From Thermodesulfobacteriota bacterium (GTDB lineage Bacteria; Desulfobacterota; Desulfobulbia; Desulfobulbales; SURF-16): a stretch of 11,297 nucleotides of DNA. The DNA is taken from positions 1 through 11,297 of the forward strand of contig JBDLIE010000072.1 in the NCBI GenBank assembly GCA_039715015.1. The letters are read 5' to 3'. Positions 4,999 through 11,297 of the stretch are shown in pieces. Numbering within the stretch: the stretch's first letter is position 1; the number at the start of each line of letters is the position of its first letter. The translations under genes and the position numbers were made by a program. The notes below the pieces were generated by a model that searched no databases, was not told the DNA's origin, and saw only the letters and a list, made by a program, of their open reading frames with translations.

Positions 4999-7900
4999 AT
5001 GACCTCTCACATCGTGCCGGCCCTTAAAAAAAGAAACTTTTTCCCCTTGCTGCTGGTTTTAGTAATCAGCCTGGCCCCCCTTGGCCCAGCTTCTCCGAGC
5101 CAGGCCAAAACCTTGGAGGTTGTCGAGGATATCCTCTCCTATCCTGCCGGGTTGCATATCGATTTTCTGGAAGATGTTCATTCCGCCTTTACCCTGGAAG
5201 ATGTCCGCAGCCCTGAACTCCAGGCCCAGTTCCATCCATCCCAAGACGACATGCCGGGCTTTGGTTTTACCAAGAGCAGTATGTGGGGCAGGCTGACCAT
5301 TAAAAACAACCTTGACAAAAACATAGAGTATTTCCTGGTCATTGACTATCCCCCCCTGGATTATCTCAATTTTTATTATCCTGTTGCAAACGGCTACGAG
5401 GCCTTTTCCACCGGCGACCACCGCCCTTTTTTGAGCAGACCAATACATTCTCGCAATTATGTCTTTCCCATCATGCTCAGTCCCGGCGAACAAGCCACTT
5501 ACTTTCTGCGTGCCCAGACCAAGGGATCTCTCAATATGCCCATCAGCCTGGAGGCCCCAACCTATTATGCTCAGGAGACCGCCCTCACCCAGACCATGCT
5601 CGGGATCTACTACGGCATTCTTCTCGTCATGACGGTGTACATCAGTTTTCTCTACTTCAGTCTCAGGGATATCATTTATGGCTATTATGTCCTCTTCATC
5701 ATTACCTTTCTGGGCTTCCAGCTCAGCTTGAATGGCACCGGCTTCCAGTACCTCTGGCCCAATGCCATCTGGTGGAACAATATAACGGTTCCCTTCTTCA
5801 TCTTCATGAGCTACACCAGCGCCACCCTGTTCACCATCACCATCCTGGAGACTGAAAAACATATCCCCAGATACCATAAGGTTCTCAAGGCCTTGATCCC
5901 TGTGGGCTGCCTGGGCATGGCGATAAGCATCTTTGCCGACTACTCCGTGGCAATTAAGCTGGCCACCATCTCCTGCCTTACCCTGCCGGTTATGATCATT
6001 GCAGGGTTTCAGGTCATGCTCATGGGCTACCGGCCCGCCTATTATTATGCCCTGGCCTGGACCGTTTCCCTGATGGCCATTACCATTTACTCCCTGAAAA
6101 CCTTTGGGCTGCTGCCCAACACCTTTCTGGTTAACTGGTCGACCCAGATCGGTACCTCCTGGGAAGTTATGATTTTGGCCCTTGCCGTAGCCGACCGTTT
6201 TCACCTCATGGAGGAGGAAAAAAAGCAGGCCCAGAAGTTATATGCCGAAAAACTGGAAGAGGCGAACACCAATCTGGAAATCTCCAACCTCAAGCTTGAA
6301 GAGCTCAACACAGAGCTTGAGGAAAGGATCTTGGACCGTACTCAGGAGCTGAAAACCTCCAATGAGCTTCTCATAGTTGAGGCCGGAGAAAGACAAATCG
6401 CTGAAAAGGAGGCCCGCGAGGCCAGTCAGGCCAAGTCGGAATTTCTCGCCAACATGAGCCACGAAATCCGCACCCCTATGAATGCTGTTATCGGCATGAG
6501 CGTCCTGGCCCTGCAGCTCCCCTTAACCAGCCGCCTGAAAAGTTATATCCAGACAATTAGCCAGGCCGGCAATTCCCTGATGCGCATCATTGATGACATC
6601 CTTGATTTTTCAAAAATCGAGGCAGGCAAGCTTGAATTCGAGCAGGTCTCCTTCAACATTCAGGATATTCTTGACAATATTGTTAACATCTTTAAGGAAA
6701 AGGTTCAGGACAAGGGAATTGAACTGGTCGTCTATGCAGACAAAGATGTACCCCGGCACCTGATCGGCGACCCGCTCCGCCTGGAGCAGGTGTTGATCAA
6801 TCTGGTGGGCAACGGAATTAAATTCACAGACCTAGGTGAGGTTTCTCTCCATGTCAGCTGTGCGGAGACAAGCGCTGAGGACGCCTGCCTCCTTTTTTCC
6901 GTTGCAGACACAGGCATTGGCCTCTCCAAGGAGCAGACAGACCAGCTCTTTACCGCCTTCCACCAGGCCGACACCTCCATCACCAGACAGTATGGCGGCA
7001 CCGGCCTGGGACTTGCCATCAGTAACCAGCTTGTAACAATGATGGGCGGCTCCATCATTGTTACAAGCCAGGAGGGTCATGGCTCCACCTTCTTTTTCAC
7101 TGCGTGCTTCAAAAGCCAAAGTGAACCAGAAACATTCTCACCGCCTTTAAGCAAGGCGGTTTGTGCCGGCAAAACCATCTTGGCTGTCCATACCAACAAA
7201 ACCTGCCGTCAGAGTTGGCAACAGATCCTTGAAGACGTCGGCTTTAATATTATCACCCTTTCCTCCCTGTACGACATCCCTCTTTTCTTCAACACCGAGC
7301 AGGGGGCAGAGATAGATATGATTCTGGCTGATCTCGGTGACGAGCCTGACCTTTTCTTTCAAGCTATTGAAACCTTGCGGGCAAAGAAGATCTCCCTGCC
7401 AACAACTCTGACTCTCACAGATTTGCAGGGCGGCCAGATCCCGAAAGCTAGCGAGATGGGGGTGGAATTTTCTCTAAACAAACCCATTAAACAACAGGAC
7501 CTGATTATGACAGTGGCTCAATGCCTCTCCCTTGTAGAAGGTGATGATGACCACGTCTTACCCAGACCGCCATTAATCTTACCAAATTTCCACGGTGCCA
7601 AAATTCTAGTTGCCGAAGACAACCGGATTAATCAAAAAGTCATTTCTGAAATCTTAGATAATGCCAAGTGCCAGGTAATCCTTGCCGATAATGGCCGATT
7701 GGCCCTGGATATTCTTGAAGAGGATAGTGATATTGCCTGCATCCTCATGGATCTGCAGATGCCTGAGATGGGCGGCCTGGAGGCAACCCGCAAGATCAGG
7801 GAAATTTCTAGCCGTAAAGACATCACCATCATTGCCCTCACCGCCCATTCCATAGCCGGTGATCGGGAAAAATGCATTGCGGCAGGCATGGATGATTACG

Positions 7901-8655
7901 TCCCCAAGCCCATTGACCAGGATTTCCTGTATGCAACTCTGGCCAAATATCTGGAATATGAAAATAAGGAACGCAACCTCGCGGAAGAAGATCTTGCCAC
8001 AAGCAACAACCCCTTTTTCCATGACAACCTTCCGGGTATCGATGTCCAGACCGGTCTAAAGACAGTAGTTCAAAACAATTCCCTCTACCTCGAACTACTG
8101 CACGATTTTGGCCTCCAGTTTCACGATGCCGAGCAGAAGATGCAAGAACTTCTCCGTGAAGATAATTTCCAGCAGGCCGAAATTCTTGCTCATAGCATTA
8201 AGGGTGTTGCCCTCAATATCGCCGCAACCGAACTGGCGCAAACGGCTCATAAGTTAGAAGAAAATCTAAAAAACAACTCCAGCCCATCCCCGGCTGTTGT
8301 CACTGATTTCTCTGCCGCCTTGGCCCGTGTTCTCAAATCAATTGCCACTTTGCCCGAAAAAAAAGAACGTGAAAGACCTCTCCCATCTCCTCAGAAAAAA
8401 ACCAAAGCCTCCACCATTGACTTTACAGCCATGGCCACCCTGATAGATGAGCTGAAAACAATGCTTGCCACCAACGATCTCGATGCTGAGGCAGCCATGA
8501 ACAATCTCATCGATCACCTTGGCCACCTTGAACCTCTGGCGCCGCTTCTTTTTCAGACCCGAGACAAGCTCGACATTTTTGACTTCAAGGCCGCCACGCC
8601 CCTTGTTGATCAGATAGCTGCCGCCCTTTCTGTTCTCCAAAAAAAATACGCTTAG
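4999..8655 (+). CDS. Membrane-bound unorthodox hybrid sensor histidine kinase: signal peptide, 7TMR-DISM extracellular and 7TM input, coiled coil, HisKA, HATPase, atypical REC, REC, Hpt (1218 aa)
   Basis: N-terminal hydrophobic signal segment; DISMED2-like motifs [23 protein letters not shown] and [12 protein letters not shown]; seven hydrophobic segments including [10 protein letters not shown] and [10 protein letters not shown]-box [14 protein letters not shown] (His488), N box [11 protein letters not shown]1 DTGIG, F box [10 protein letters not shown]2 GGTGLGL. REC1 ILAVHTN...ILADL...KPI; REC2 LVAEDN...[11 protein letters not shown] (Asp918)...ALTAH...KPID; Hpt AHSIKG (His1065). No clear SD, so the exact start is uncertain. 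Confidence 0.93.
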   Translation: MTSHIVPALKKRNFFPLLLVLVISLAPLGPASPSQAKTLEVVEDILSYPAGLHIDFLEDVHSAFTLEDVRSPELQAQFHPSQDDMPGFGFTKSSMWGRLTIKNNLDKNIEYFLVIDYPPLDYLNFYYPVANGYEAFSTGDHRPFLSRPIHSRNYVFPIMLSPGEQATYFLRAQTKGSLNMPISLEAPTYYAQETALTQTMLGIYYGILLVMTVYISFLYFSLRDIIYGYYVLFIITFLGFQLSLNGTGFQYLWPNAIWWNNITVPFFIFMSYTSATLFTITILETEKHIPRYHKVLKALIPVGCLGMAISIFADYSVAIKLATISCLTLPVMIIAGFQVMLMGYRPAYYYALAWTVSLMAITIYSLKTFGLLPNTFLVNWSTQIGTSWEVMILALAVADRFHLMEEEKKQAQKLYAEKLEEANTNLEISNLKLEELNTELEERILDRTQELKTSNELLIVEAGERQIAEKEAREASQAKSEFLANMSHEIRTPMNAVIGMSVLALQLPLTSRLKSYIQTISQAGNSLMRIIDDILDFSKIEAGKLEFEQVSFNIQDILDNIVNIFKEKVQDKGIELVVYADKDVPRHLIGDPLRLEQVLINLVGNGIKFTDLGEVSLHVSCAETSAEDACLLFSVADTGIGLSKEQTDQLFTAFHQADTSITRQYGGTGLGLAISNQLVTMMGGSIIVTSQEGHGSTFFFTACFKSQSEPETFSPPLSKAVCAGKTILAVHTNKTCRQSWQQILEDVGFNIITLSSLYDIPLFFNTEQGAEIDMILADLGDEPDLFFQAIETLRAKKISLPTTLTLTDLQGGQIPKASEMGVEFSLNKPIKQQDLIMTVAQCLSLVEGDDDHVLPRPPLILPNFHGAKILVAEDNRINQKVISEILDNAKCQVILADNGRLALDILEEDSDIACILMDLQMPEMGGLEATRKIREISSRKDITIIALTAHSIAGDREKCIAAGMDDYVPKPIDQDFLYATLAKYLEYENKERNLAEEDLATSNNPFFHDNLPGIDVQTGLKTVVQNNSLYLELLHDFGLQFHDAEQKMQELLREDNFQQAEILAHSIKGVALNIAATELAQTAHKLEENLKNNSSPSPAVVTDFSAALARVLKSIATLPEKKERERPLPSPQKKTKASTIDFTAMATLIDELKTMLATNDLDAEAAMNNLIDHLGHLEPLAPLLFQTRDKLDIFDFKAATPLVDQIAAALSVLQKKYA

Positions 8656-8702
8656 TCAGCAAAAATACCCCTCCTTACCCCTTGTGCGGTTCCTACTCTT
8701 TC

Positions 8703-8731
8703 TTGATCTTCACCAAAATTCATGGTAAACA
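8703..8731 (+). promoter_or_regulatory. Possible sigma70-type promoter for iorAB
   Basis: TTGATC (8703-8708), 17 nt, TAAACA (8726-8731), with an extended -10 TG at 8723-8724. The conserved last T of the -10 is missing. Confidence 0.25.
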
Positions 8732-8870
8732 GGCCTGCTAATATTACCTATAACTGGCGACCAGATGCGTCTAAAACGCCGCATCCCCCCTTTTAAGCCA
8801 GCACTCCTCGCTTTCAACAACCCAAACCGGGTACTTATACGCAAGAAAGCAACTTGACCCAATCACCACT

Positions 8871-8877
8871 AAGGAGG
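8871..8877 (+). promoter_or_regulatory. Shine-Dalgarno sequence of iorA
   Basis: AAGGAGG lies 5 nt before the GTG start at 8883. Confidence 0.85.
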
Positions 8878-8882
8878 ACATC

Positions 8883-10691
8883 GTGGCCAAGGCAGATTCA
8901 GAAAAAATATGGCTATCAGGCAACGAAGCCATTGCCAGGGCGGCTTGGGAGGCAGGTGTTACTGTTGCATCTGCATATCCGGGCACCCCTTCCACCGAGA
9001 TCCTGGAAAATCTTGTTAAATATAATGACGTGTACACCGAATGGGCCCCCAATGAAAAGGTGGCCCTGGAGGTAGGGCTTGGCGCTTCTTTTGCCGGAGC
9101 CAGGGTGCTGGTCACCATGAAGCATGTTGGCCTTAATGTGGCTGCTGATCCGCTTTTCACCGCCTCCTACACCGGCTGCCGTGGCGGCCTGGTGATCGTC
9201 AATGCCGATGATCCAGAGATGCACAGCTCTCAGAATGAGCAAGACAATCGCAACTACGCCTTTGCAGCCAAGCTCCCCATGCTGGAGCCCTCTGACCCCA
9301 AAGAGGCCTTGGTCATGCTTAAAGAGGCTTTTGAGCTCTCAGAAAAATATGACACTCCGGTTCTCTTTCGCACCACCACCCGTTTGGCCCATGTAAAAAG
9401 CCTGGTCACCGTGGGTGACCGGAACATGGGTCCTGTTGAGGTGAAGATCGACAAAGATCCAGCCAAATTCGTTATGCTGCCGGGTAATGCACGGGCCAGA
9501 CGTCAAGCCATGGTCGGCAGACAGCAGGAACTGCTCTCCTTTGCCGACAGTTACCCTGGCAACCGAATTGAAAAGGGCGACACAAAAAAAGGCATCATCA
9601 CCGGCGGCGTTGCCTATCTCCACGCCAAGGAGGCCCTGCCGGACGTCTCCTATCTCAAACTCGGCATGAGCTGGCCCTTGCCGGAAAAAAAGATTCGCGA
9701 CTTTGCCGATTCTGTTGACGAGCTGATCATTGTTGAAGAGCTTGACCCCTTCTACGAAACCCATATCAAAGCCATGGGCATCACCTGCACCGGCAAGGAT
9801 AAAATCCCGGCAACCGGCGAGTTAAACGCCGCCATTGTCAGAAAATCACTCGGCGGTGAAAGCGAAACCCTCCTACCGCCTGTGGAGATGCCCATGCGGC
9901 CGCCGAATATGTGTCCCGGCTGCCCCCATCGTGGCATTTTTTATAATCTTTCCAAATTAGACGTCTTTGTCTCTGGCGATATCGGTTGCTACACCTTGGG
10001 CTTTCTGCCGCCACTTTCCGCCATGGACTCTTGCGTCTGTATGGGGGCAAGCATTGGAGTGGCTCACGGTCTTACCAAGGCCCTGGGAGGAGAACAGTAC
10101 AAGAAAACTGTGGCCGTCATCGGCGACTCTACCTTCCTGCACTCCGGCGTCAACAGCCTGGCTAACATGGTCTACAATAAAAGTCATGCCACTGTCCTCA
10201 TCCTGGACAACCGTATCACCGCCATGACCGGCCAGCAGCAAAATCCCGCCTCGGGCGAAACCCTGATGGGCGAGGCAGCCCAAGCTCTCAACCTTGAGCA
10301 GCTATGCAGGGCTGTCGGTGTCGAACATGTAACCACGGTAAACCCCCACGATATCAAGGGGACCGACAAGATTCTTAAAGAGGAACTCAAGCGGGACGCC
10401 ACCAGCGTCATCATCTGCCAGGCTCCCTGCGTACTCATTCCTGAGATGCGCAACAAGAAAATCACCCCCCTTACCATCTCGGTGGACAACTGCACAGGCT
10501 GTCAGGCCTGCGTCCGTTTGGGCTGCCCGGCAATCAGCTGGCAGCCTCTCACCCCTGAAGAGGCTAAAAGCCTAGGCAAACGGGAAAAACAGAAAGGCTA
10601 CACCAAAATCAGTACTGAGATGTGCAATGGCTGCGGTCAGTGCCTGGCGGTCTGTAAATTTGAAGCCATCAGCGAAGTGGAGGAAGGATAA
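8883..10691 (+). CDS. iorA: Indolepyruvate:ferredoxin oxidoreductase alpha subunit, 602 aa
   Basis: LSGNEAIARAA, YPGTPSTEI, PNEKVALE, MKHVGLNVAAD, HSSQNEQDNR, RPPNMCPGCPHR and GDIGCYTL; TPP-binding motif IGDSTFLHSG...LDNRITAMTG; C-terminal 2x[4Fe-4S] ferredoxin motifs CTGCQAC...GCP and CNGCGQCLAVC. Confidence 0.95.
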   Translation: MAKADSEKIWLSGNEAIARAAWEAGVTVASAYPGTPSTEILENLVKYNDVYTEWAPNEKVALEVGLGASFAGARVLVTMKHVGLNVAADPLFTASYTGCRGGLVIVNADDPEMHSSQNEQDNRNYAFAAKLPMLEPSDPKEALVMLKEAFELSEKYDTPVLFRTTTRLAHVKSLVTVGDRNMGPVEVKIDKDPAKFVMLPGNARARRQAMVGRQQELLSFADSYPGNRIEKGDTKKGIITGGVAYLHAKEALPDVSYLKLGMSWPLPEKKIRDFADSVDELIIVEELDPFYETHIKAMGITCTGKDKIPATGELNAAIVRKSLGGESETLLPPVEMPMRPPNMCPGCPHRGIFYNLSKLDVFVSGDIGCYTLGFLPPLSAMDSCVCMGASIGVAHGLTKALGGEQYKKTVAVIGDSTFLHSGVNSLANMVYNKSHATVLILDNRITAMTGQQQNPASGETLMGEAAQALNLEQLCRAVGVEHVTTVNPHDIKGTDKILKEELKRDATSVIICQAPCVLIPEMRNKKITPLTISVDNCTGCQACVRLGCPAISWQPLTPEEAKSLGKREKQKGYTKISTEMCNGCGQCLAVCKFEAISEVEEG

Positions 10692-11272
10692 TGAAACCAA
10701 GCGGCAATATATTATTCTCCGGTGTTGGTGGCCAGGGCATTCTCCTTGCCAGTGAGATCACCGCTTACGCCCTTATGGAAACAGGTCTGGATGCCAAAAA
10801 AAGCGAGGTGCATGGCATGGCCCAACGTGGCGGCTCTGTCGTGGCACATCTCCGTTATGGCGACACGGTTTATTCACCTCTTATTGATCCAGGTCATGCT
10901 GATTTTGTCGTGGCCTTTGAGACCATGGAGGCTGTGCGCTACTTGCCCTTTATGCATAAGGATACCAAGGTGGTGGTCAACACCCATAAGATTGCCCCAC
11001 CCTCCGTGGCAACCGGCAAAGCCACCTACCCCCATGATATCCTTGCCGAACTGGCCAAACATAACATTGCCACCTTTAGGGTGGATGGTTTTGAGATTGC
11101 CCGTACTGTGGGTGAAATCAGAGCCGCCAATTTGGCCTTGGTTGGAGCCCTTTCCTCCTTTCTTCCTGTTGAAGAAGATGTCTTTCTTGCGGTAATGAAA
11201 AAAAGATTGCCCCGAAAACTTGAAGAAAATATCGCCGCCTTTAAAAAGGGCCGGGAGATTACCTCTTTATAG
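10691..11272 (+). CDS. iorB: Indolepyruvate:ferredoxin oxidoreductase beta subunit, 193 aa
   Basis: SGVGGQGILLAS, SEVHGMAQRGGSVVAHLRYG, YSPLI, ANLALVGA and NIAAFKKG. The start overlaps the iorA stop (TAATG at 10689-10693) with GAGGAAGG upstream, indicating translational coupling. Confidence 0.95.
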   Translation: MKPSGNILFSGVGGQGILLASEITAYALMETGLDAKKSEVHGMAQRGGSVVAHLRYGDTVYSPLIDPGHADFVVAFETMEAVRYLPFMHKDTKVVVNTHKIAPPSVATGKATYPHDILAELAKHNIATFRVDGFEIARTVGEIRAANLALVGALSSFLPVEEDVFLAVMKKRLPRKLEENIAAFKKGREITSL

Positions 11273-11297
11273 AAGACAAGAATAAAAGAAGTTAGAG

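Noticed and set aside
5059..6204. 381-aa minus-strand ORF
   Set aside because: Antisense to the membrane region of the kinase, and explained by its codon usage leaving few reverse-strand stops. No recognisable domain.
7441..7680. Locally AT-richer stretch within the kinase, suggesting mosaic origin
   Set aside because: Spot counts by eye gave similar GC in the N-terminal part of the same gene, and no boundary or repeat is visible. A sliding-window GC3 analysis would be needed.
8357..8364. A8 homopolymers (also at 4965-4972 and 8639-8646) as phase-variation sites
   Set aside because: The tracts are short, the coding ones are explained by Lys/Glu/Gln codons, and the reading frame is intact.
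1..11297. CRISPR array, tRNA/rRNA genes, intact transposase or integrase, toxin-antitoxin or defence genes
   Set aside because: No regularly spaced repeats, cloverleaf or rRNA signatures were found, and all long ORFs are accounted for by the metabolic and signalling genes.

Overview
This bacterial window is mostly housekeeping; the gene set is suggestive of an anaerobic Desulfobacterota-type organism, which is inference only. The minus strand carries a thiazole-biosynthesis cluster, thiF(ThiS-like fusion)-thiS-thiG-thiH, followed by a PurH-family gene that has the AICAR transformylase domain but no N-terminal IMP-cyclohydrolase/MGS-like domain, and then a strong intrinsic terminator. The plus strand, divergent from thiF, carries an orphan 1218-aa hybrid sensor kinase (7TMR-DISM-type input, HisKA, HATPase, degenerate REC, REC, Hpt) and the translationally coupled iorA-iorB genes. 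Two signals are not explained by these genes. (i) Bases 1-257 form a non-coding, densely base-paired element with an H-type pseudoknot and an ISL3-like terminal sequence that abuts the terminator's A8/U8 tail; it looks like a structured MITE cut off by the window edge. (ii) A shared palindrome, TCYATAATRGA, lies about 80 bp upstream of both thiF and the purH-like gene, and no intact TPP riboswitch is visible. No CRISPR array, tRNA, rRNA or intact transposase was seen.
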